The position numbers were made by a program, and so were the translations under genes. A stretch of 32,000 bases of DNA from positions 60,001 through 92,000 of the forward strand of contig NZ_OMOH01000004.1 of assembly GCF_900289195.1 (NCBI RefSeq), in the 5' to 3' direction. This document shows positions 1-8,646 of this stretch, piece by piece (the first letter of the stretch is position 1; each line of letters begins with the position of its first letter). The notes beneath the pieces were generated by a model. The model did not search any database. It was not told the DNA's origin and saw only the letters and a list, made by a program, of their open reading frames with translations. Origin of the DNA: Propionibacterium ruminifibrarum. Lineage in GTDB: Bacteria > Actinomycetota > Actinomycetes > Propionibacteriales > Propionibacteriaceae.

Positions 1-930
1 CTCGTCGAGGGCCGCGGCGGCGGCCGGGGCGGCCTCGGCGAGCAGCTGGGCGGAGCAGGCGGCGCCGCCGGCCAGGACGACGGCGTCGGCCGCCACGAAC
101 TCGCCGTCGGCCAGTTCGACGCCCGCCCCGGTGAGGCGGGCGACGGTCGCCCCCGTCCGCAGCTCGGCGCCGCGCGCGGTGAGCCGGTCGGCGAGCACCT
201 CGATGACGCGGCCGAGGCCGCCGGAGAGGGAGCGGAACGGCGAGCAGGTGGCTCCGGGGGCCGCGTGGCCGGCCGCGGCGCGCGCCCTGCGGCCCTGGGC
301 GAGTGAGGCGAGCATGAGGGAGCGGTGGTCCTGCTCGTTCTGCCGCAGTGACGGGAGCACCGCGTCGAGGCTCAGTTCGTCGATGGCGGCGCCGTAGATG
401 CCGCCGACCATGACCTCGGCGTAGCGGTCGACGATGCCGTCGCCCAGGCGGGAGCGCAGGAAGGCGCCGATGGAGACGTCGGTGCCGTCGCGGAGTCGGC
501 GGGGCATGAACAGGTCGAGGCCGGCGCGGATCTTGTCGGGCCAGCTGAGCACGCCAGTGGTGACGAACGGCCACAGCCTGGTGGGCAGCACCATGCCCAT
601 GCCGGCCGGCATCGGGCGCAGCGCGCCGCGCGACAGCAGCGCCACGCGGCGGGCGTCGCCGGGGGCGATGACCTCGTCGGCGATGCCGAGCTCATCCAGC
701 AGCCGGGTCAGGGCCGGCTTGTAGGCGACGTAGCTGTCGGGGCCGGTCTCGATGACGAAGCCGTCGCGGCGGATCGTGCGGACCTTGCCGCCGAGGCGGT
801 CGGAGGCCTCCAGCACGGTGACCCGGGCGCCGCGGCAGACGCCCTGCCAGGCCGCGGACAGGCCCGTGAGGCCGCCGCCGACGACGACCAGGCGCGGGCC
901 CGGACAGTCCCCGGGCGTCCCCTGGCTCAT
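1..930 (-). CDS. hemY: Protoporphyrinogen/coproporphyrinogen III oxidase (HemY/CgoX family, FAD-dependent); first 310 codons, 3' end runs off the window
   Basis: Absent from the ORF track because it is open to the window edge. The reverse complement of 930..841 reads MSQGTPGDCPGPRLVVVGGGLTGLSAAWQG, a GxGxxG FAD fold. It continues EASDRLGGKVRTIRRDGFVIETGPDSY, typical of HemY. ATG 930-928 overlaps the upstream TGA 929-927 (ATGA). Confidence 0.8.
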   Translation of the reverse strand, partial: MSQGTPGDCPGPRLVVVGGGLTGLSAAWQGVCRGARVTVLEASDRLGGKVRTIRRDGFVIETGPDSYVAYKPALTRLLDELGIADEVIAPGDARRVALLSRGALRPMPAGMGMVLPTRLWPFVTTGVLSWPDKIRAGLDLFMPRRLRDGTDVSIGAFLRSRLGDGIVDRYAEVMVGGIYGAAIDELSLDAVLPSLRQNEQDHRSLMLASLAQGRRARAAAGHAAPGATCSPFRSLSGGLGRVIEVLADRLTARGAELRTGATVARLTGAGVELADGEFVAADAVVLAGGAACSAQLLAEAAPAAAAALDE

Positions 931-2096
931 GCCGTGGCCCCGCTCACCGCGGGCGACTGGCTCGTCCCCGGGTGCTGGGTGTGGACGCCCGCCTTGGCCG
1001 CGGCCGGCTTGTAGGGGCACAGCGGGTCGGACTCGAGGGGGTCGCCGGTCCACGCGTAGGCGCGGGCCCGGGAGCCACCGCACCACCTGTTGAACTCGCA
1101 GATGCCGCAGTCGCCCTTGAAACCGTCGGGGCGGCGCAGGGCCCGCATGAGTTCGGTGTCGCGGTACAGCTCGACGATCGAGCGGTCGCGCACGTTGCCG
1201 ACGCTGGTCGGCAGGAAGCCCGAGGGCATCACCTCGCCGAGGTGGGAGATGAACATGATGCCGTTGCCGTCGCGGATGCCGAAGCCGCGCGAGGCCGGGG
1301 AGTTGATGATCTGCTCCTCGGTCTGGCCGGCCCGCAGCAGCCGCTGCGCGATGATGCGCCGGTACTGCATGGCCTCGGTGGTCTTGATGCGGAAGGGCGC
1401 ATCGGGGCGGCGCTTGTTCCACTCGATGAGGGTGCGTTCGGCGTCGCCGGGGGTCATCTCGCGCAGCTGGGCGCCGCGGCCCACCGAGATGAGGAAGAAC
1501 AGGCTCCACTGGAAGAGCTTGTAGCCCTTGAGCAGCTCGTAGATGTCCTCCAGGTCGGCGACCGTGGTGTCGGTGACGAGCGTGTTGATCTGCATGGGCA
1601 TGCCGACCTCGTTGGCGTCGGCCAGGGCCTGCAGGGTCGCCTCGAAGGTGCCGGGCACCTGCCGCACGCCGTCGTGGTGCTCGGGCGTGGAGCCGTCGAG
1701 GGACAGGGACATGGCCTGCACGCCGAGGGCCGCCATGTCGGCGATCCGCTGCTTGGTGAGCAGCGGGGTGACGGCCGGGGACAGCGAGACGCCGATGCCC
1801 CGGTTGCGCGCCTCGGCGATGAGTTCGTCCAGGTCGAAGCGGCGCATCGGGTCGCCGCCGGTCATGATGACGTGCGGCATGGGGCTGCCGAAGTCGGCCA
1901 CCTGGTCGAGGATGTGCAGCGCCTCGTCGTGGGTGAGTTCGCCGGGGGGCGGCTCGAGCTGGGCGCTCGCCCGGCAGTGCCGGCAGGCCAGCCCGCACGC
2001 CGTGGTCAGTTCCCAGTAGATGATCATGGGGGCGCGGTCGTAGGCCCAGTCGACTGGCTTGACCGAACCGATCCCAGCGGGTCGCGACATGATCAT
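927..2096 (-). CDS. Radical SAM protein with C-terminal SPASM/twitch-type Cys cluster (AhbD/NirJ-like tetrapyrrole-modifying family)
   Basis: This is the C-terminal 389 aa of track ORF 927..3068. The start MIMSRPAG at 2096 overlaps the hemD::hemE stop (ATGA). CxxxCxxC motif TTACGLACRHC; C-terminal CGICEFNRWCGG...CPY cluster. The N-terminal 324 aa of the track ORF are Arg/Pro-rich shadow over hemE. Confidence 0.8.
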   Translation of the reverse strand: MIMSRPAGIGSVKPVDWAYDRAPMIIYWELTTACGLACRHCRASAQLEPPPGELTHDEALHILDQVADFGSPMPHVIMTGGDPMRRFDLDELIAEARNRGIGVSLSPAVTPLLTKQRIADMAALGVQAMSLSLDGSTPEHHDGVRQVPGTFEATLQALADANEVGMPMQINTLVTDTTVADLEDIYELLKGYKLFQWSLFFLISVGRGAQLREMTPGDAERTLIEWNKRRPDAPFRIKTTEAMQYRRIIAQRLLRAGQTEEQIINSPASRGFGIRDGNGIMFISHLGEVMPSGFLPTSVGNVRDRSIVELYRDTELMRALRRPDGFKGDCGICEFNRWCGGSRARAYAWTGDPLESDPLCPYKPAAAKAGVHTQHPGTSQSPAVSGATA

Positions 2097-4003
2097 TCCC
2101 CTTTCTCCGCGCCGGCGTCGTGCACGACGTCGACGATGTGTGCGAGCACCTGCGGGTCCGCGTCCTTGGGGACCCCGTGCGCCAGGTTGACGATGTGGGC
2201 GGGGGCCAGGCGCCCCTCGGTGAGGATCTGCTCCAGGGCGGCATCGATGGCCTCGACGGGGCCGGACAGCAGGGCCGGGTCGAGGTTGCCCTGCAGCACG
2301 GTGCGGCCGCCGAGCAGGTCGTTGGCCCGGGCGAGCGTGAGGTCGGCGGCCACGCCCATGACGTCGGCGCCGGCGTCGCGCATGGCACGCAGCAGGGCGG
2401 CGGTGCCGGTGCCGAAGTGGATGCGCGGGACGCCGAACCGGCCGATCGCCCGCAGCACCCGGCCGGACGCCGGCTGGGCGTGGACGAGGTAGTCGGCCTC
2501 GGACAGCCGGCCGGCCCACGAGTCGAACAGCTGGACGGCGCTGGCGCCGGACAGCACCTGGGCGCGCAGAAAGGCGGTGTCGGCGCGGGCCACCCAGTCG
2601 AGCAGGCGGTCGAAGACCTCGGGACTGGTGCGCATGAGGGCCCTGGTGTGCTCGTGGGTGGCCGAGGGACCGCCCTCGACGAGGTAGGACGCCACCGTGT
2701 AGGGGGCTCCGGCGAAGCCGATGAGCGGGACGTCGCCGAGTTCGGCGACGGCCAGGCGCACCGCCTCGCGGATGGGGTCGAGGGCCTCGTCGGGGAGTTC
2801 GGGCAGGGCGTCGACGTCGGCGGCGGTGCGCACCGGGTGGTCGAGGACGGGCCCGACGCCGGGGACGATGTCGACGCCGAGGCCGGCCAGTTTCAGCGGC
2901 ACCATGATGTCGGAGTAGAAGATCGCGGCGTCCACGCCGTAGCGGCGCACGGGCTGCAGGGTCAGCTCGGCGGCCAGCGGTGGGTTCAGGCAGCTCTCGA
3001 GCATCCCGATGCCCTCGCGGGCCGCACGGTACTCGGGCAGGGAGCGGCCGGCCTGGCGCATGAACCACACGGGCGTGCGCTCGGGGCGTTCGCCCCGGGC
3101 GGCCCTCAGCAGCGGGCTGTTCGCGACGCCGGGGCTCCGGCTCGGGTGGTCGGGGCCCAGTTCGTCAGGGGCCTCTCCCCCGTCCCGCCATCCGGTGTCG
3201 GGGGCGCCGAGGACGCGGGCGACCTCGGCTGCCAGGGCGGTGGGCTCGGTGCAGGTGCACTCGATCACGTCCAGGCCCAGGTCGCGGGCGGTGGCGCTGG
3301 TCGTGGGGCCGGCGCCGAGGACGCGGGTGCCGGCGCCGATGCCCTCCGGCCCGGCGAACCGGGCCAGGGCGCGGGCCGCGCTCGAGGAGCGCAGCAGCAC
3401 CGCCGAGTGGGCGCCGCAGGCCAGGGCACCGACGCTGGTGGGGGTGTCGGGTCTGCTGTCGGTGGTGTAGACGGGCAGCTGCAGGACCCGCCAGCCGCCG
3501 GCGCGCAGGCCCTCGGGCAGTTCGGCGCGGGCGATCAGGCTGCCGGGCAGGATGGCCAGGGCCTCGACGACGGGCATGGGCAGGGCGCGGATCTGCGGCA
3601 GGACGGTGTCGTTGAGCAGCGCGACGAGGGCTTTCGCATTGGGCGCGGTCTCTGCGCGGGCGGCCAGGGCCTCGGGCAGGGTGTCGAGGGTGCCGCGGCC
3701 GGTGGCGAACACGCGCAGGCCCTGGTTGAGTGCGGTGGCCGCGGCGCGCTCCAGGGGGGCTGCGCCGGCCGCGGACTCGAGATGACCCCAGGTGCGGGGC
3801 GAGGTGATGACGAGGACCGCCTGGGCGCCGGCGGCCGAGAGCAGCCCCACCAGGCGGCGGGCCGGCATCGGGTCGTCGCAGGCGCGGGTCTGCAGGTAGG
3901 GATCGATGCTGCTGGCGATGCCGTGGGTGTCGAGCGCGGCGGCGTCCCGCTCGTTGCCGTCGGGGCGGACGAGCAGCACCGGCCTGCGGTCGGGGGCGTT
4001 CAC
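2093..4003 (-). CDS. hemDE: Fusion protein: uroporphyrinogen-III synthase (HemD, N-terminal ~270 aa) + uroporphyrinogen decarboxylase (HemE, C-terminal ~350 aa)
   Basis: 636-aa ORF with GTG start at 4003-4001 overlapping the hemC stop (GTGA). The N-terminal part is VLLVRPDGNERDAAALDTHGI...ITSPRT, HemD-like. After a Pro/Gly linker comes PLLRAARGERPERTPVWFMRQAGRSLPEYR...FYSDIMVPL, the canonical HemE N-terminus. Confidence 0.85.
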   Translation of the reverse strand: MNAPDRRPVLLVRPDGNERDAAALDTHGIASSIDPYLQTRACDDPMPARRLVGLLSAAGAQAVLVITSPRTWGHLESAAGAAPLERAAATALNQGLRVFATGRGTLDTLPEALAARAETAPNAKALVALLNDTVLPQIRALPMPVVEALAILPGSLIARAELPEGLRAGGWRVLQLPVYTTDSRPDTPTSVGALACGAHSAVLLRSSSAARALARFAGPEGIGAGTRVLGAGPTTSATARDLGLDVIECTCTEPTALAAEVARVLGAPDTGWRDGGEAPDELGPDHPSRSPGVANSPLLRAARGERPERTPVWFMRQAGRSLPEYRAAREGIGMLESCLNPPLAAELTLQPVRRYGVDAAIFYSDIMVPLKLAGLGVDIVPGVGPVLDHPVRTAADVDALPELPDEALDPIREAVRLAVAELGDVPLIGFAGAPYTVASYLVEGGPSATHEHTRALMRTSPEVFDRLLDWVARADTAFLRAQVLSGASAVQLFDSWAGRLSEADYLVHAQPASGRVLRAIGRFGVPRIHFGTGTAALLRAMRDAGADVMGVAADLTLARANDLLGGRTVLQGNLDPALLSGPVEAIDAALEQILTEGRLAPAHIVNLAHGVPKDADPQVLAHIVDVVHDAGAEKGE

Positions 4004-4917
4004 CGGGCACCTGCCAGCAGTTCTGACGCGGCCCGCCGGCCGAGCGCGACGGCGTCGGCGAGGGGGTCGTCGCCGAGTTCGGCGCTGACCTCGACGCGGG
4101 CGTAGTCGACACCGAGGTGGCCGGACAGGTCGGCGACGAGCCGCAGCGTGCGGCCGTCGAGTTCGCTGAGGGCGCCGACGGCCGTGGTGCAGGTGGCCTG
4201 GACGCCGGTGAGCACCTGGCGTTCGGCGGTGACGCGCAGGCGGGTGTCGGCGTCGTCGATGGCCCCCACCGCATCGGCCATCGGGTGGTCGGCCCGCATC
4301 TCGACGGCCAGGGCCCCCTGGGCCGGTGCGGGGACGATGACGGCGGGGTCGATGGGCGCGGTGATCTCCTCGCCGCGGTCGATGCGTTGCAGCCCAGCGG
4401 CGGCCAGGACGGCGGCGTCCACCTCGCCGGTGCGGACCTTGCGCACCCGGGTGTCGACGTTGCCGCGGATCGGGACGATCTCGAGGTCGGGGCGGGCGCG
4501 CAGCAGCGCGGCGGCGCGGCGGGGGCTCGACGTGCCGACCCGGGCGCCGGCGGGCAGCTCGGCAAGACCCAGCCGGTCGCGGCTGACGAGGGCGTCGAGG
4601 GCGCTGGCGCGCCGGGGCACGGCCACGACGCGCAGGCCGGGTTCGGGCGCGAACGGCAGGTCCTTGAAGGAGTGAACGGCGACGTCGACGTCACCGGCCG
4701 ACAGCACGTCGCGCAGCCGGGCGGCGAAGGCGCCGGGCCGGGGCGGGGCCGACAGCGGGATGGACAGGTCGTCGCCCTCGGTGCGCACGCGGACGAGTTC
4801 GGCCACGCCGCCGGTGGCGTCCTCGATCATCTCGGCGACCGTCAGGGTCTGCGCGACGGCCAGCCTGGAGCCGCGCGTGCCGATGCGCAGCGGCTCGGTC
4901 CGGGGCCCGTGGCTCAT
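4000..4917 (-). CDS. hemC: Hydroxymethylbilane synthase (porphobilinogen deaminase)
   Basis: LRIGTRGSRLAVAQT...VHSFKDLP...VGTSSPRRAA...RGNVDTR motifs. Start ATG 4917-4915 overlaps the hemA stop (ATGA). Confidence 0.9.
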   Translation of the reverse strand: MSHGPRTEPLRIGTRGSRLAVAQTLTVAEMIEDATGGVAELVRVRTEGDDLSIPLSAPPRPGAFAARLRDVLSAGDVDVAVHSFKDLPFAPEPGLRVVAVPRRASALDALVSRDRLGLAELPAGARVGTSSPRRAAALLRARPDLEIVPIRGNVDTRVRKVRTGEVDAAVLAAAGLQRIDRGEEITAPIDPAVIVPAPAQGALAVEMRADHPMADAVGAIDDADTRLRVTAERQVLTGVQATCTTAVGALSELDGRTLRLVADLSGHLGVDYARVEVSAELGDDPLADAVALGRRAASELLAGAR

Positions 4918-6164
4918 TCGTCGACCTCGATCCCGAGCAGCACGTCGAGGGCCGTGAAGAACTCGTCGAGGCGCCCCTCCTCGGCGAGCTGGCTGCCGCG
5001 GACCGTGGGGGTGTGGAGCATGACGCCGGTCAGGTGGCGCAGCGAGCGTTCGACGACCGCGCAGACCTCCGCCGACTCGCGGGCCCGCACCCGGGCTATC
5101 TCGCGGTCGACGAGGACGCCCACCTCGGAGCGCATCGCGGCGATGGCCGGGTCGGCGCCGCGCGAGCGTTCCTTGTCGAGGTGCCTGGCGACACCCTGGT
5201 CGACGACCTGCTGGGCCTGCTCGATGACATCACGCTGGGCCTCGTCCGCCTTGTCGCGCACCTGTTCCAGGGTGATGAGGCGAACGCCGGGCAGGGCCCT
5301 GGCGTCCTCGGCGAGGTCGCCGCCGAGGGAGAGGTCGACGATGGGGAAGGACCCGGGCCCGGCCAGTTCGGGGCGCCCGGCCAGCAGGGCCTCGGCGCTC
5401 AGCGCGGTACCGGCCCCGCTGCAGGTGACGATGAGGTCGGCGGCCGCGACGCCGTCGGCGAATTCCGAGTCTCCCAGGGGGACGACGTCGTGGTGGGCCG
5501 CGAACTGCTCGGCGCGGCCCGAGGCCGACCAGCAGAAGACCCGGCCGGAGCGGCGCGTGCCGAGTTCGGCGAACACGACGCGGGCGAAGGCGCCGGTGCC
5601 CACCAAGAGCACCCTCTTGCCGCGCAGGCCGCCGGGCAGTTCGGCCATGTCGAGGCCGACTCCGGCGACGGAGCGGCCGGCGGCGCCCAGCGAGGTGCGG
5701 CTGGCGACGGCGCGGGAGCTGGTCAGGGCGTCGTGGAAGAGGCGGTGGAGGCGGCCGGTGCACTGGCCGCGTTCGGAGGCGAGCTCATAGGCGCGACGCA
5801 GCTGCCCGGCGACCTGCTTGTCGCCGATGACGGCGGCGCGCATGCCCGAGGCCACCTCGAAGACGTGCTGCACGGCGTCCTCGCCGGTGGCCGTGCGCAG
5901 GCCGGCGAGGGCCCGCTCGTCGACGTCGGGGACGAGCTCGCGGGCCAGGTCGGCGAGCTGGGTGCGCAACTGCTCGGCGCCGAGCCGGTTGTCGGTGTCG
6001 CAGATCAGTTCGAACCGGTTGCACGTGGACAGCAGAACCGCCCCGGCCACCTCGGCCTGCCGGGACATGAGGACACGGGAGAGCTCCCCGCCACCGTCGG
6101 ACAGTGTGGCCAGAGCCGCCAGAGGGGCGGTCTGGTGATCCACCCCGATGACTTGGATGCGCAC
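4914..6164 (-). CDS. hemA: Glutamyl-tRNA reductase
   Basis: MRIQVIGVDHQTAP...LLSTCNRFELI (catalytic Cys motif), NAD(P)-binding VLLVGTGAFA. GTG start at 6164-6162. Confidence 0.9.
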   Translation of the reverse strand: MRIQVIGVDHQTAPLAALATLSDGGGELSRVLMSRQAEVAGAVLLSTCNRFELICDTDNRLGAEQLRTQLADLARELVPDVDERALAGLRTATGEDAVQHVFEVASGMRAAVIGDKQVAGQLRRAYELASERGQCTGRLHRLFHDALTSSRAVASRTSLGAAGRSVAGVGLDMAELPGGLRGKRVLLVGTGAFARVVFAELGTRRSGRVFCWSASGRAEQFAAHHDVVPLGDSEFADGVAAADLIVTCSGAGTALSAEALLAGRPELAGPGSFPIVDLSLGGDLAEDARALPGVRLITLEQVRDKADEAQRDVIEQAQQVVDQGVARHLDKERSRGADPAIAAMRSEVGVLVDREIARVRARESAEVCAVVERSLRHLTGVMLHTPTVRGSQLAEEGRLDEFFTALDVLLGIEVDE

Positions 6165-6170
6165 GAAGGC

Positions 6171-6176
6171 ATATTA
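6171..6176 (-). promoter_or_regulatory. Candidate -10 hexamer TAATAT for a leaderless hemA transcript
   Basis: On the minus strand TAATAT is followed by exactly 6 nt (GCCTTC), then the GTG start. No Shine-Dalgarno is present. This TANNNT + 6 nt + start geometry is typical of leaderless actinobacterial mRNAs. Confidence 0.35.
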
Positions 6177-6622
6177 GGCCTTGACATGACGAGAACGTGA
6201 GTCCCAAAAATGGGGACATTACGTCGCACATGCAGTTTACGGGCAGAAATGGTCCTGAATTATGCCCTCGGCTGTATCGAATGATTGCCGTTTCGCGGGT
6301 CCCGTCCCGGGGGCCGCCCCACTGCGGCAGGCAGGAGGCCCGGGGCGCCGGCCGGGGCGCGCCCAGCCCGGCCGGTCCCTGGCGCCGCCCGCGGGTGCGC
6401 GGCAGCCGTGACGGACTCGGTCCCCGACCTGCCAGTCGGTAACACCGCCGCGCGGGGGCGCGGCCGCCGACCGAGGAGCGCCCCGGCCCCTCGACGCCCG
6501 CCCCCCGGCGGCGGGGGCCTCCCCGCGGGCGCCGCGCCCGCACCGGGCATCCGCATCGGCCATACTTGGGGAAGCGGCCTACTCCCCGGCGCCGCCGATC
6601 CCGGCAAGGAAGGCATCATCTC

Positions 6623-8533
6623 GTGTGCGGTTTCATGACGTTCATCTCCACCGGCACCCTGCGCGCCGAGCGCGTCGACCAGGTGCGGGCGGGAATGGTC
6701 CAGCAGCGCCACCGCGGCCCCGATGACACCGAGATCTGGCACGACGACCGGGTCGTGATGGGCTTCAACCGGCTGTCGATCATCGACATCGAGAACTCCG
6801 GGCAGCCGCTGCGCTGGGGCACCCCCGAGGAGCCGGACCGCTACTGGATGGTCTTCAACGGCGAGATCTACAACTACCTCGAGCTGCGCGACGAACTGGC
6901 CGCCGACGACGGAGCCGTCTTCCGCACCGAGGGCGACGGCGAGGCCATCGTCGCCGGTTACCACTACCACGGCGCCGCCTGGGTCTCCCGGCTGCGGGGC
7001 ATGTTCGCCTTCGTCATCTGGGACGCCAAGGAGAAGAAGGCCTTCGGCGCCCGCGACTGGTTCGGCATCAAGCCGCTGTACACCGCCACCACCGAGGACG
7101 GCTTCGCCTTCAGCTCCGAGGCCAAGAGCCTGCGCGAGCTCACCGGCACTGCCGAGGTGAACACCCGCGCCCTGCAGCACTACCTCGTCCTGCAGTACGC
7201 GCCCGAACCGGAGTCCCTGGACGCCAGGCTCACCAAGATCGAGTCCGGCTGCTCCTTCACGATCGAGGACGGCCGCTTCGAGCAGACCCGCTACTTCCAT
7301 CCGGTCTTCGACTCGAAACCGGTCACCGGCGTCCAGGCCCAGGAGGACCTCTACGACCGGATCGCCGCCGTGCTCGACGACTCGGTCGCCAAGCACATGC
7401 GCGCCGACGTGACCGTCGGCTCGTTCCTGTCCGGCGGCATCGACTCGACGGCGATCGCCGCCCTGGCCAAGCGCTACAACCCCGACCTGCTCACCTTCAC
7501 CGCCGCGTTCAAGGCCGAGGGCTACTCCGAGAACGACGTCGCCGACGAGTCCGCGAAGGCCATCGGCGTCGAGCACGTCACCCGCTGGGTCACCGAGGAG
7601 GAACTCACCAGGACCCTGCCGCTCATCATCTGGTACCTCGACGACCCGGTCGCCGATCCGGCCCTGGTGCCGCTGTACTTCGTCGCCAACGAGGCTCGCA
7701 AGCACGTCAAGGTGGTGCTGTCGGGCGAGGGGGCCGACGAGTTCTTCGGCGGCTACACGATCTACCACGAGCCCGTCTCGCTGGCCCCGTTCGAGAAGCT
7801 GCCGGCCGGCCTGCGCCGCGGTCTCGGCGCGGTCAGCCGGGTGCTGCCGAACGGCATGCGCGGCAAGGACATGCTGCGGCGTGGCGCACTGCGGCTGGAG
7901 GACCGCTACTACGGCAACGCCCGCATCTTCCGCGAGGACCAGCTGCCGGGCCTGCTGCGCAGCTACGACCCGTCGATCAGTTTCCACGACGTCACCGACC
8001 CCGCCTACGCGCTCTCGCAGGGCTGGGACCCGGTGCAGCGCATGCAGCACGTCGACCTGTTCAGCTGGCTGCGCGGCGACATCCTCGTCAAGGCCGACCG
8101 GATGACGATGGCGAACTCGCTGGAGCTGCGGGTGCCGTTCCTCGACAAGGAGGTCTTCGAGGTGGCCCGGCACATCCCGATGAGCGAGAAGCTGGCCGAG
8201 AACACCACCAAGTACGCCATGCGCAAGGCGCTGGAGCGGATCGTGCCGGCCCACGTGCTGCACCGCCGCAAGCTCGGCTTCCCGGTGCCGACCCGCGTCT
8301 ACCTCAAGGGCGACTCCTACGCCTGGGCGCGCGACATCATCACGAACTCCCCCACCGACGAGTTCATCGACCCGCAGGCCGCCATGAAACTGCTCGACGA
8401 GCACCGCGCCGGGGTCGCCGACCACTCTCGCCGGGTGTGGACGATCGTCTGCTTCATGCTCTGGTACGACATCTTCGTCGCCGGCACCATCACCCCCGAG
8501 GTGCCGCGCCCCGAGTACCCGGTACGGCTGTGA
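6623..8533 (+). CDS. asnB: Asparagine synthase (glutamine-hydrolysing), long actinobacterial AsnB/LtsA type
   Basis: GTG at 6623 gives (M)CGFMTF, the N-terminal Cys nucleophile of class II amidotransferases. RBS AGGAAGG at 6607-6613. SFLSGGIDSTAIAAL is the PP-loop. Total 636 aa. The 19 codons upstream in the track ORF are Arg-rich and were rejected. Confidence 0.9.
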   Translation: MCGFMTFISTGTLRAERVDQVRAGMVQQRHRGPDDTEIWHDDRVVMGFNRLSIIDIENSGQPLRWGTPEEPDRYWMVFNGEIYNYLELRDELAADDGAVFRTEGDGEAIVAGYHYHGAAWVSRLRGMFAFVIWDAKEKKAFGARDWFGIKPLYTATTEDGFAFSSEAKSLRELTGTAEVNTRALQHYLVLQYAPEPESLDARLTKIESGCSFTIEDGRFEQTRYFHPVFDSKPVTGVQAQEDLYDRIAAVLDDSVAKHMRADVTVGSFLSGGIDSTAIAALAKRYNPDLLTFTAAFKAEGYSENDVADESAKAIGVEHVTRWVTEEELTRTLPLIIWYLDDPVADPALVPLYFVANEARKHVKVVLSGEGADEFFGGYTIYHEPVSLAPFEKLPAGLRRGLGAVSRVLPNGMRGKDMLRRGALRLEDRYYGNARIFREDQLPGLLRSYDPSISFHDVTDPAYALSQGWDPVQRMQHVDLFSWLRGDILVKADRMTMANSLELRVPFLDKEVFEVARHIPMSEKLAENTTKYAMRKALERIVPAHVLHRRKLGFPVPTRVYLKGDSYAWARDIITNSPTDEFIDPQAAMKLLDEHRAGVADHSRRVWTIVCFMLWYDIFVAGTITPEVPRPEYPVRL

Positions 8534-8646
8534 ACCCGCACCGCGGACGACCCAACGGCCGCCGCCCGCCAGGGCGGTGCGCCCGCACCGAACCGCCCCG
8601 CTATCCCCCGGGCAGAGACCACCCGCGGCCGGCCGGGCCTGGGCGT

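Noticed and set aside
2097-3068. N-terminal extensions of track ORFs: 927-3068 (first 324 aa), 9386-11167 (first 326 aa), 18450-20483 (first 260 aa), 20617-22809 (first 315 aa), 15333-15854 (first 54 aa), 6566-8533 (first 19 aa).
   Set aside because: The extensions are low-complexity and overlap upstream genes or intergenic DNA. Internal starts with an SD and/or stop-start overlaps give proteins of the length expected for their families.
6181-6217. Plus-strand TTGACA (6181-6186) and the small GTCCC-AAAAATG-GGGAC hairpin, considered as an asnB promoter/terminator.
   Set aside because: There is no acceptable -10 hexamer at 16-19 bp spacing. The hairpin stem is only 5 bp. The site lies >400 bp from asnB.
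6197-6638. Small ORFs in the hemA-asnB spacer (6197-6442 +, 6285-6638 +, 6237-6563 -), considered as a possible porphyrin-operon regulator.
   Set aside because: They are Arg/Pro/Gly/Ala-dominated with no HTH or other motif, they overlap one another, and no SD is present. GC3 is uninformative in a stretch that is almost pure G/C.
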